A stretch of DNA of 64,000 bases from Dimorphilus gyrociliatus (taxonomy: Eukaryota; Animalia; Annelida). How positions within the stretch are numbered: position 1 is the first letter of the stretch; each line of letters starts with the position of its first letter. Where the stretch lies: positions 2,858,684 to 2,922,683 of the forward strand of contig CAJFCJ010000019.1 of the NCBI GenBank assembly GCA_904063045.1, written 5' to 3'. The notes under the pieces are model-generated. The model ran no database searches and had not been told where the DNA came from. It saw only the letters and a program-made list of their open reading frames with translations. Both the position numbers and the translations under genes were made by a program. This document shows, piece after piece, positions 25,014 through 37,326 of this stretch.

Positions 25014-28000
25014 ATGAAAGGTTTAAAATCTTTCTTTTTCTTCCTCTTTTCCTTTCCGATAATCTTCGGATTTGAAGGTTAATAACTTATTAGGGTGTAT
25101 TTACTTAACATTCGGTTAGTTCGTTTATTAGTATTATGTAATTAATTAGCGGCTTTTAACAGAAGAGAGAGAGAAATGGTTAATTAACGCCGATCAACCA
25201 ATTACGTCACCCATTTTACTCGGTGAATACCGTTACGTTTGCTTAGGTGACTTGAATCTTTGCAACAAAGGTATTAGAATTTCATTCTGGTACAAGCCAC
25301 AACCGGGTAATGCTAACTTGGACGAAGAGTACTTGATTTCAACTGGAGGGCAATCAGCCATGTCCAATGGTTTTTACATGCGAAGAAACTATGGCAAGGA
25401 TTACGAAGTTGGTGTGGCTATTGAAGATAATTTATGGGTTTGTAATTTCTATATCATTACGGATGGATTAGTCTACTTGACCTTTACCTGGTCTAATGAA
25501 ACTGGCTTGGAGCTAATAATTGACAACTTTAAAGAGACATGTGCAACTTCTCCAAAGAAAAGACTCTACACATATCCTCAATATGATCTTTTCAACAATA
25601 TATACGTCGGCAGAGAAAATACCTATGGTGCAGAAACAAACCAATTGAATATAGTCATGTATAATTTAACTTACAGCAATAATGTGTCTGCAGAGGAAAT
25701 ACCTATTGAAGGTTATTATTTTATAAGCGTAATAACCCTTAAAACTTATTAAAATATGTATTATATTTTCAAAAGACCTTGAAAAAAATTTATTGAGAGG
25801 ATGCATAGAAAAAATTTCATCCCGAGATCCATCTGTCGCAGCTAAAACCCTTCTAGAATGCAGATCAGCTTGTAATGGAAAGAAAACAAATCAGGCTATT
25901 TTTACAGTGGACAAATGCATTTGTACTGATTGGGAAAAAATTCAGGTTAAACCTTGTGAAACACCTAATACATTAAAAGTCTATTGGGTTACTCACTTTA
26001 AAAAAGATTTTAAATATCCGATTAATTTGAGTGTAACGTATAAAAGTGCCAGGAACAAATCATATATTTTACCTGACGAAATTGTTCTATTCAATGCTAC
26101 GACAACGGCTGACGAAATGGTTAATTTTTATTTCGATTATGGAGATGGAATGACCGACGAATCTGCTATCGGTTTAGGTTCAGCATCGTGGATGACTGAA
26201 GGAACTTATACAGTAACGGTCAAAGCCGAAACAAGATTGACTACAGAAATTGTAAAAATTAACGTTACTATTAAGCAAGTTGAGGAAGGCGTACCGCCAG
26301 AAGTCGTTCAAATATATTATGGTGGAATGACTCAGAATAAAGGGGAAATTAATTTATATACTAGTGTTGTATCGCAATTTCCGATATCATGTAAATTGCA
26401 GTACGGTGACGGAGTTGAAAAAAATTTTACATTTGAAAAATTAGTCAACGAAATCGACGAAATCTATTTCTATCCTGAAGTAGGAATTTATGAAGCAGTA
26501 TTCAGCTGCTCTAACAAATACGGATATTTAATTGATAAAGTAAAAGTCTACGTTGAACAAAAGAACGCTGAATTCGAAGACATTGCTGTCGGAACAACGC
26601 AAATAATACCATTCAAAAATCCAACGAAGGAGAAAGTAAATATTTTAATAAATAATGAAAAAGTGTTTTCGTCAATCTCTCAAGATTCGATAGTATTCGA
26701 CGGAGTCAATTTAGATAAGGCAGGAGATTATTTACTTCAAGTGACGTCGATAACAAACACGCTTTTGTTTACTAAAGTACTTGGAGTCTTTCGTCCTGTT
26801 GGAGATATTGATATAGACGTTGACATTAATGCAGTCGTCTTGGGCGATGCTATATATTTTACGTTTAAAATATCCGATGGGGAAAGTTTACACATCTCTA
26901 TTCAATATGGTGACGATGCCGGTCATATGTTATATGTACCAGGAAATAAAGTAGAAAAGGATCCGACTACCATTCAATCTTCCCACTTGTATAAAGATTA
27001 TGGCGTTTATAATGTAGAATTAGAAGTAGCCAATACTATTAGCTTTAAGAAGACATCGAGAGTTGTTTCGGTAGAACGTATTATCGAAAAAGCGTCAATA
27101 AAAGCTAGCCACGTTTCAAAACTTGGGGATGAAACAACTTTTGCTTTACTGGTAGATGTCGCTAACAGTCCGACTTTGCCCATAGATGTCGACTTTCATT
27201 ACGGTAACGGTATCTTTGAAACTGTCCACTTTCCATCTAGAACGTCCCCTAGTGAACGTCTTATTCACAAATATGCCTATCCAGCATACGGTACATATCA
27301 CGTCAATGCTACACTAAAAAATAATATAAGTCGAATATACATCGATTATCAAGTACAAGTCGGTGATGATATATCGGAAATTGATTTGCTTACAAGTTCA
27401 CCTATGTCTCTGTCTGAAGTAGTAATAGAGGTCAAAGTACCCAAGGGCTCACCGGTAAATATCCATATGGATATGGGAGATGGGACAATCTTACACAAAC
27501 GTTTAGATAACCTTTTTGAAAAAACAAAACAAAGTGGAAGGAGGAAGAGGTCAATACAAAATAATCAAACAGAAATTACAACAACTATTCCATTTACTAC
27601 GACAAATTTGCTGGAAAGTTATGATTCGACAGTGGCGCCAACTATCCCAGCGGAGGATAAACAAAATAAATCTTTAAATGATCCTTACGAAATTGATTTG
27701 GGGGAGAAAGTTGAACATTTTAACGATCCAGTTTTATTTAAATATCAATATTTAAAGCCTGGAACCTATGAAATATCTGCCACTGCTGAAAATGAGTTTG
27801 GGTCAAAGTCTACTTGGCTGTGCCCAAGAATTACTATAATTCGAGAAGAAGCAGCTGGATTTTCATGCTCATCAGCAAATTTAGCAGTGGCTAATGAATC
27901 ATCACCAGACCAACCCATTCAGTGGTATCGATCATCACCTATATATTTAGACCTGTCGAACGATTTGTCTTGTGATTCCGAGGTAAAAGCTTCATACTCA

Positions 28001-31000
28001 TGGAGAGCAATGCGACTGGTAAAAGGCAAGTGGAAACCTGAATTGAATCTTTGCGTGACTAGAACAAAGAACAAAGGTTTAGTTTTGCCTAAGAATATAC
28101 TGTGGTATGGAGAGATAAAATTAGTAGTGGAAATGAGTATTGAAAAGAAGAAAGTGTCTAGAAGAAAGAGAGAAGTTGCCTCTGAGTTTGACAATTCCAC
28201 TTCTCCTATGACTACCCCATCTGTGACCTCTTTTCCGGCAACTTACACCCAAGCCGACTTAGGAAACGATGAGAAAACCTCTTCTCCACAACCAACTACA
28301 TCAGCCGATAGTGATACTAATTCGGTGGAAAAGATTCTTAAGGATGAGCAAGGCTTTTTTAGTCAACCGGATATAGATGAAGCTTACGAATCTACTCTTG
28401 TTTCAGACTCAATAGAAATATTCCTTAGCGTAGTTCCTAGCCCTTTAGTCGCAACAATTGCTTATGGGACTCGCAGGGAGGTTATGAAAGATTCTATTGT
28501 TACTATGGATGCAGACAACTCTCACGACCCGGACGTGTCTCCAAAAAATAGATCAGGGATATTTATGCATTTGATTTGTTACAATAAATACAGTGCATCC
28601 ACTGTTGACAAGCTAAAACCTAATCAATTACTGGATGAAAGTATTAAATTAATGAATAATACACTAAATAATATGGCTTTGTATGAATATGGATCCTGTT
28701 TTCAAGGAAATAGTAAACTATGGGTTCAAGGCTTTAGGGTAATAAGTTCTGTTTGAATTTTATGACTTTTAAAATGTAACTCTTTTTTAGAGTACTTTTG
28801 AAGTTCTCACACTAGGAACGAATGGAACATTTTTCTTTAAGATAATCATTGAGAAGGACAATCGACAGTCAGAATTCGTCCAAGAATTGGAGATATTATC
28901 AGTGAATATCTCTGGCAATATAAAAGATCTCCTAAATAACCTGCTCAACAGTAACGATACAAGCGGAGCTCTGTACGCTATTGATAACATTATTGGAAAT
29001 ATGAATAATTTTGTTTCGGACGATAATAATACAAATGCGCAGGAAGCGAGAAAAGAGTTGAAGGGAATGATTATCAACGTTTTAGATGGTTGTTCAAAGA
29101 GAATGGATAATTATGATCAGCTAGGATCAACTACTAAATCTGTAAATGCCGTTACGAACGTTCGAGACGAGACAACACCAGAGAGTCGTGTAAGTAATGA
29201 AAATAAAAGTGTATTAAAAATTACTGATTTTTGTTTGTTTTACGATAGAAAACTGCAGCAGAGGCTATTGGATCGTGTGGAGACAAAGTAGAAAGTTTGG
29301 CTGATGGTGTAACTCTTGACAAAATAACTGAGATGGCAACAAGTAAAAATTATTTTTTAGGATTATAAGGTATGTTTAGTAATGAATTAATTGTTCATAG
29401 GTTTAATTGGTGGCGTTGGAAATGTCGTTCCAAGAAACAACGCGAGTAATATCGATTTAAATAAGCCGGTGATTCCGGGTGAGGAATTTAGCTCTGGTAG
29501 TGGTGACGAAAGTCTATGGATAGAATCGACTATAACTCCTGAGTTATCTACTATCGCTGACATCCTCACCACAACTGAACCCCCTATCTTACCTCCTGCG
29601 ACCTGCTGTGAAAATGTAACAAAAGGGTTATGCCAATGGGTAGAACCTTTAGACAGTCCTTTGTTGGAAGATATCGATGATAGAAAAGAGTTTATTTGGA
29701 CAGATGAAGACTGTGAAGAGATTTTTCCAGACGATATTATCTTAATACAAAATCGATTTAAAGCTTGTCTTGCGCGAGACTTAGCAGCTGTAAGGAGCCA
29801 ACAGTCGAAAACAACTAATGCAGCCATGGGTGGGTCGGATAAGGTTTTATCTGTTTTGATAAACCATCAAGATGATACTAACGACGGAATCAAAATTGAT
29901 ACTCCGAATTTAAAGGCTGTTGCAATTAAAAAGAAAGCTGGGGGAGATGGAAAAATGGGATCTTTTGAGGTTCCATCAGAGGAAAATGATAAAGCTGCAG
30001 GAGCAAAGATGACAACTATGGCAAACCCCTTTGTTTTTGTTGACAGTGCTTCAAGAGTGCAATCAAATGTACAAAGCTTAACTTTAACAGATGAAACAGG
30101 AAATGTAGTTAAAGTTAACAATTCTAAGGAAAAAATTCAAATGTGGATTGATAGTAATGGGAAAAAGATACCTCCCGCAGCAGAAAAACACGTGGCTCAT
30201 CATAACATGTCATATTATCCTATAAATCTTACGTCTAATGGAATGTCTATTCATGCACTTGTATTTCCAAAGGATCCTAATGAGAGATTCGAAGTGTATA
30301 TAAAATACGGAGGCGACAAACAGTTGGTACCAACTAAAAAAGATTATGACTTTGTTCAAGTTGTACCAAGAGATGTTTCTCTTCTTATCGCTAACAAATC
30401 ACTTACCAAAGGCGAAATCGAACAATTAAAATACACATTCTTTCCACCTGCGAATGTAACTGAGCGAAATGGTTCCTACGTGCTGGGAGTATCTATTTAT
30501 GGTGCATATGTCAAAATGGAAGAAGCTAAGTCTGGTACTTTCCGCGGTAACTTTACATTCAATTTTCAAATTTTCTTGTCCGCGTGCATCTTTTGGGATG
30601 AAATAGAAAACGATTGGTCTAGCAATGGCTGTGAAGTTGGTCCTTTAACAACTAAATATAGAACGCAATGCCTATGCACACATCTGACATCGTTTGGCGG
30701 TGACTTTGTTGTTCCTCCAAATACAATTGATTTTAAAAACGTATGGGGTAACTTTAGCAATCTCAGCGAAAACGCAGCAGTATTCTCGACGGTTATCGTT
30801 CTGCTTGGGTTGTATGTGATACTCTTAGTGTGGTGTCGCTACCAAGACAAAAAAGACATTCTTAAGGTAACATATCTTATTTAAGTACTATTTCATGCTG
30901 ATAATTCTGATAATTAAAAGTGGGGAGCCACTCCTTTGGAAGATAATTTACCCACTGATGTTTACCATTATCAAGTAACAGTTTACACAGGCGTGAAGAA

Positions 31001-34000
31001 GAATTCAGGAACAAAATCTAAAGTTAGCTTCATTTTATCGGGAGATAATTGTGATACTGGAGTAAGGAGATTGGATGACGGGAAAAGAAAGGTTAAGCTT
31101 ATTGTTTATTTGTTTAATATTTACAAACTTTTCTCTTTCCTCAGGAGTTGTCATCGGGTTCTGTATTAAATTACATTCTTAGTGTGGAGAGCTGTCTCGG
31201 GCCTCTAACTTTTTTGCGAATATGGCACGATAACCAAGGACAGGGAAAATCGAAAGGTTGGTTTCTTGATCAGGTCGCGGTTATGGATTTGCAAACTGGA
31301 GACAGATTTTTCTTTTTATGTGATCGATGGCTTGCTGTTGAGGAAGATGATGGACAAGTTGATCGAGTTTTACCAGTAGCCTGTATGAACGATTTAACAG
31401 CATTTAAACATTTATTTTCATCGTCCCTGAGAAAAAAGCTGACAAATGATCATTTGTGGGTATCCATTGTGTCACGCCCAACAAGGTCAAGTTTTACTAG
31501 AGTTCAGCGTATATCCTGCTGCATGTCATTGCTCTTTTTAACAATGATTACAAATTGTATGTTTTACAAGGCGGAAGACACCTCAAAAAAAGCCACAGGG
31601 ATAACTCTTGGACCTTTCACTTTTACCCTGCAGCAGCTATTTGTATCCGTTGTAAGCACAGCTATTGTCTTTCCGCCAAACCTTCTATTAGTCACAATAT
31701 TTCGAAAAGTCCGTCCGAAAAAGAACGCTATTCTCCAATCGAATCAGAAGATATCATCGAAATCAAAGAAATGGAGGAACATAAATCCAGGGTCTTCACT
31801 ATGGTCTAATCAGAAAGTCTCTAGGCTACAAAAATTCCAAGATGCAATGCATAACATACTTACTTCCCATCAAAAGTCAAAGTATGAAACAGAAGATCCA
31901 GATATAAAGAAGAGAAAGAAAAAGGGCTGCTCATTACCACCATGGACAATTTACTTTGCTTGGATTAGTTAGTGATTTCGAATTTTTTACGTTTCTGAGC
32001 ATTAAAAGTGTTTTTTTTTTCTTTTTGTAGTCTGCTTCCTATCCATAGTTGCTTCGGGCTTTTTTACGATTCTCTATAGTATGCAATGGGGAAAGGACAA
32101 GTCGAATAAATGGCTTATAACATTCTTACTCTCTTTTTTCCAGTCGGTGATAGTGGTACAGCCCGTTAAGGTTCTCTTATTAGCTGCATTTATTTCTTGT
32201 ATTATGAGGAAACCAGATGTTGATGACGATGATGACATGTTTGAAGATAACCATAACGGTTTACCGTCAGCAGATGAAATTATGCTCAGTCCTGAACAAG
32301 AAAGAGATATACAAGGTTTGAAAATTATATTAAAATTTCAATCATTTTAGTCCAAATAAATATATTTTTTGTTCCAAAAAGAATTAATTACGCAGAGGAA
32401 ATTACAAGCAAGTCAAATTAAGCCACCCGATATGGATTCTTTGAAGGTAGCCAGAGAAACTCGACTAAAAGAAGTACAAATGGAGGCTATATTGAAAGAA
32501 TGTGCAATTTATTTCTTCTTCGTTATGGTACTCTTTTTCATATCTTACCAAACTCGTGATATGGCAAGTTATAATTTTAATGAAAATATAAAAAATACTT
32601 TCATTAGGACTAAACCGGCCTTTGACTCGGTAGTATTAAATAATTCTTTTGAAAATATATTATTTTTCAATTATCATATTTCCTTATTAGATTACAAAGC
32701 CTGATCAATTTTGGACTTACATCAAATCTGCTCTCTTACCAAATCTATATTCTGGAAAATGGTATAATGGGAAGAGAGTTGACTGGCGAGGTTTTCTAAC
32801 TATTGATGATCGAAATACTATTAGAGTTGGAGTAGCAAGATTAAGACAACATAGAATAAAAGATGGTTCTTGCAAATACTCGAGCTATTTTATTCCTATT
32901 ATAAAAAAACCGTGTAGAGATCAGTATGGTTGGACATCAGATGATACGAAGGATTATTTATCAGGTTGGAAAAAGACTGAGACGGCTGGTAATGATACTG
33001 ACCTTAAAAGTTCTAAGAAATCGCCCTGGATATATAGGAGCAGCGTAGAGTTGGTGAATGCCCCCTATGTTGGAACCAGATCTACGTATAAAGGGGGTGG
33101 CTATGTATTCAAATTTCATAGGACAAGATCTAAAACAGAGCGATATTTAAAGAAACTTGAAGAAGAGGAATGGGTTGATGTTCGGACGAGATCAGTATTT
33201 ATAGAATTTACACTATATAACGGAAATAAAAATCTCTTTGCGGCTGTAATATTGCTTGTTGAATTTCAAGCAGCTGGCGGAGCTACAATAAGGACTGAAT
33301 CAAAAGTCTTTAGAATAGATAATTACGTCGGCGGATGGGGTGTTGTCGTTCTAATGTTCGAAATAGTATTTTTATTATTTACGATTTACTTCATAGTTAA
33401 ATGCCTAAGGGACATTAGAAAGCAAAAATTGAAATATTTCAAGCAATTCTGGAATTTACTTGAGTTTGTAACATTATCTATGTCAATAACAGCTGTTGCA
33501 ATGTATGCTATGAAGCGAATTTTTGCATCTGAAGCTATGAAAACATTAAAAAAAAGTGAATCGGGAGACTATGTGAATTTTATTTCTATATCTATTTGGG
33601 ATGAAACGTACGTGTTTATCGTAGCGATTATTGTCTTTCTGGCAACAATAAAAATGCTAAAGGTAAAGAAAACCTTATTAAGTAATTTCGTTCTTAGATA
33701 AATTAATGTTTATATAAATTGATTATATACTGGCTATAAAACAAACATAATTATTATTCCATCTTTTCAGCTGCTGAAATTTAACAAACGAATGGGAATG
33801 CTTGGAGATACGATAAAATTGGCAACGAAAGATTTGAAGACTTTCTCTATTTTATTTATTATCTATTACTTTGCATTTTGTCAACTTGGCTATCTCTTAT
33901 TCTCAAAATATTTAACAAATTATAAGTCGATGGTAGCATCTGCCGAAGCTCTGTTTGCATTTGCTTTAGGAGATTTTGACCTTGATGCTATGCGTGAAGT

Positions 34001-34193
34001 TGATCGAATCCTTGGTCCTATCTTCTTTTTCCTCTATGTTGCAATAGTCTATATTATACTTATGACAATATTCCTAACAATTATTTATGATTCATTAGCC
34101 GAAATTAAGGCTAATATGGAACTGCAATCCAACGACTATGAACTTGTAGAATTCATGGTTAAGAAATTTAAAGGAATTTTTGGCTGGACCTAA
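25014..34193 (+). CDS. PKD1L: Polycystin-1-like protein (PKD1L/REJ family), ~2818 aa: signal peptide, LamG-like, WSC, PKD repeats, REJ-like, GAIN/GPS, PLAT/LH2, polycystin channel domain
   Basis: Twelve exons join in frame: 25014-25077, 25163-25711, 25776-28738, 28791-29189, 29249-29342, 29401-30866, 30921-31091, 31145-31967, 32031-32315, 32382-32629, 32691-33662, 33771-34193 (sum 8457 nt). Motifs: PKD (FDYGDG...GTYTVTV), GPS (GCEVG...CLCTHL/TSF), PLAT (YQVTVYTG, LRIWHDN, WFLDQV, FLCDRWL), SFTRVQRISCC, and channel segments (WVDVRTRSVFIEFTLYN, LGPIFFFLY). Confidence 0.92.
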
Positions 34194-34342
34194 AAAAAAA
34201 CGAAAAAGAAAACTTTTCAGTCCCATCACGAACACTTTGTCATTTAACGTGCCGACAAACTGTCAGCTTAGGCATCACATTAAGCTTAGTTAAATAACTC
34301 TAATATATCTCTCAAAACAAGCCCTATTCTGTTGAAATTTAT

Positions 34343-35152
34343 CTATATGTTCTCTAAGTATTCTTTTATCCAATCGATCTTTAATTTATCTCCGGCGAAA
34401 TTTATAGAATCAGACATTTTAGAGGTAGAATTTTGGCAAACCGTTTGTATGGCATCAGGCGATATAGCTAAATAGTGATTTGGCCTAATCGAGATCGGGT
34501 ATTTTTTGTATTCTTTGAGGCCATCACTTAAAACTTGTGCTTTTTTAAGAACGTTCCAACCGACAGCATCGTGAAGATTAATTTCATTTCTAGTAAGAAC
34601 AATCATTCGGTTGTGAAGTCTTAAAAAGGGATGGTTGCTTTCGCAATGAACAGAGAATGAGCTAAAATCATAATCCGGATAATGTTTTTCTGTAGAAAAG
34701 TAGGCAGGAGGTAGAAAGAGGTAACAAACATTTTTGTTTCGATTACGAAGTATAGGTAGATTAATAGTTGTTAAATCAGATGGTACAAAACCGAAATATC
34801 CTCCAAAAATTTGAATAATATACATTGGTAAAACATACATTGCTCTTAGTTTATTTAATCCTCTAAATATTCCTCTATATTGTTGCAGTGTTAAATCAAG
34901 GACAGCTAGAATATCTTTATATTTCCATATCCAAATTTCCAAATTATTTGATTGTAATCTTAGCCAGCAGTTTAAAATTTGTATCACTTTTTCATTGTCC
35001 ATTTGTTCATCTTCTATGAAAAGATGAATAATCTCATTTTTAAATAGATACTCTCTATCACTTATCTTTGTTTGAAACCAGAAGTATGTTAACAGTACTA
35101 TTAAGGCTACAAAATATACAACTATACGACCTTTGAAAGAAATATACATCAT
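34343..35152 (-). CDS. Type II membrane protein with a degenerate GT32/DxD-type glycosyltransferase-like fold, intronless
   Basis: A 269-aa ORF with an N-terminal TM anchor (IVVYFVALIVLLTYFWF). The segments IIHLF, EIWIW, KLRAMYVLPMYIIQIFGGYF and ESNHPFL align by eye to the GT32 pattern (IHQ.W / Y.LW / RADxxRY.ILY.xGG.Y.D.D / P.HPF), but the DxD is missing. Confidence 0.6.
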   Translation of the reverse strand: MMYISFKGRIVVYFVALIVLLTYFWFQTKISDREYLFKNEIIHLFIEDEQMDNEKVIQILNCWLRLQSNNLEIWIWKYKDILAVLDLTLQQYRGIFRGLNKLRAMYVLPMYIIQIFGGYFGFVPSDLTTINLPILRNRNKNVCYLFLPPAYFSTEKHYPDYDFSSFSVHCESNHPFLRLHNRMIVLTRNEINLHDAVGWNVLKKAQVLSDGLKEYKKYPISIRPNHYLAISPDAIQTVCQNSTSKMSDSINFAGDKLKIDWIKEYLENI

Positions 35153-36543
35153 CGCTTAGTAGTATAAGCATACACAATTTATTATAAATGCATCCAGCAG
35201 AACGGCTGCTACAATCCACTGTAACAGCTTGCCATTTACAATGCTGATGGTTTATCGAGTATTTTCAACGATTAGGCTAAAATCATACGATAACTTAAGG
35301 CCTAAACAATTATGATAAAAAATTTTATCTGCCTTAAATACATTCGTACATTCTATAGCATAATAAACTACAAAAAAATACTTTGTTAGGGTATTTACTG
35401 TGTAAATGCATAAAGCATATTGAGTAATTAAATACCAAAAAACATTTAGGAAGAGGAGAGGTAAGAACTTCTAAAAAGAATATTTTAAGTGTCGCCTGCA
35501 AGCGATTAAAAGAAAGATTTCTTTAGTAGGTGAGATGTTATCAAAGTGAAAATTCTATTGATAGATGAAAAAGAGATAAAATAAAATGTTGCTCTTGGTG
35601 ATTTTCTTCTTCTTTTCTCTTTCAATATTCGTCTTATTATTATAATTTGTTTATAGTAGTTAAACAGAAATTGCTTGTAAGCTAGTCTCTATACTGTTAT
35701 GGATAGTTTAAACCGACAAAAACACTGTCTATTATAAAACCTTTAATTAGTTTGTAATTAGATGATGATGCTGTTTCAGGCGCGTTTTTAGGTAGTTAAA
35801 CCTAATACTTTAGCAGGTTTTAATAAATGCTAAATATTATCGATTAAAAAAATATTAAAGATACAGTAATTTATAACTTTATTATTATGTAATGTAGGAT
35901 TAAGAGATTAAGATAAAAAAACACAGATTGATCATTCTATTAGGCTATTCACGAATCAATTTGCTAAAATGCTCAATTTTATTACTCCTAAACAGAATTA
36001 TCATGCTGCTAGCGACTTCTTTATACTAGTCGAATATTTATACAATCCCTTCCTTTGTTGTTTGCAAGCGTTTTTTTTTCGGTAAAAAAAAAGGCGTCTT
36101 TTCTCCCATTTATCATAGCAAAATATTTACATCTATTTATTTTTGTTTACTAATAAACAAAGAATTTACCAATGGAAAGCGAATACAGATAGGCCAAGTA
36201 CGTTAGAAGTGCAAGTGCTAGTGAAAGAAATTCTCTAATGGCGAGTAAACAATTGCTTAGATATAATATATTCAAATTAATTCTAATGAGACTTATAGTA
36301 TATTTGTAGGTGTATAAATCTCAATTTAAGTTTTTACGGGGAAATGGTTAGTGCATACATTAAAGTATTTTATGTTTAATGCTAGAAAAAACCCTTAGGC
36401 TCATCTTCTTCCTTATTTCATTTGATTGATTTTTTCTAAAACACGTTCCTTCTATTTGATTATAATTATATCACAACGCTAATATATTATAATTCGTAAC
36501 AGTTATAGCGTCTAATATTTTTATTAGACATCTTTACCTGTAG

Positions 36544-37326
36544 TCTACTCGTATCGAACGAAAAATAGACGCCAAGATCATTTTCGTTTCTACCATCAAA
36601 ACAATACATAAAACTGTGTATTTAAAAGAATTTAAAACTAAAACGCAATTGTTTAATCCGTTTTTCCATTACGATACCCCTGATCCTAGGATTATTAAAG
36701 GTGATAAAGAAGATATAATTCACCCTAGCTAAAATATACACTTCAGCATTTACGTCTAGATTCAACCGACTATTCTTATTGATTATTGCAGAGCTTTAGA
36801 TTATTTATATTTTAGAGATTTTACCATTCATAAAAATATAAAAATTGTCAATACAATTTAGCAAATAAAATAACAATAAAGTAGGAATTAAATGGAGTAT
36901 AAAGTTTATATAACTTTATCAGATTTTTCAACAAAATTTGAAGATGGATATATAAATGATCTAAAAAAAAAAGATGACAGAAATGATATTAACATATCTT
37001 ATTTAGCTGAATTTTGAGATTGATCAATGAGTTCTGATGAAGTCGTGGTAAAAGATGAGAAAGCGAAACTATATTATGATAAGTTGACAAGGAAAAATTT
37101 TAGTAATATCTATACTTATATAATTCTGATAGATGAGTTTGCATCTAATAGAAGACATTTGGAATACAATGAAATTTGACACAGGAAAAAACTATATTGA
37201 AGAATACAAAAATAGAGGAAATTATTAAACTGAAAAAAGAGAAGGTAGAATATACAGACAAGTATTATAAACTTGTTGATCTTGTTTATTTGTTGATCAC
37301 CGTTTGCTTCAAATACACAAAACTTT
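36544..37326 (+). pseudogene. Coding-like segment: decayed gene or TGA-recoded insert
   Basis: An open exon-like frame runs 36544-36732 (STRIERKIDAK...HYDTPDPRIIK, flanked by a TGTAG acceptor and a GT donor at 36701). A frame at 36892-37215 is interrupted only by four TGA codons, and an overlapping shifted frame runs to ~37326. No family was recognised. Confidence 0.35.

Noticed and set aside
27919-31809. Antisense or alternative-frame ORFs within the polycystin gene (27919-28200, 28787-29077, 29387-29827, 29867-30121, 30566-30760, 31555-31809)
   Set aside because: These are shadows of the long coding exons, with no independent features.
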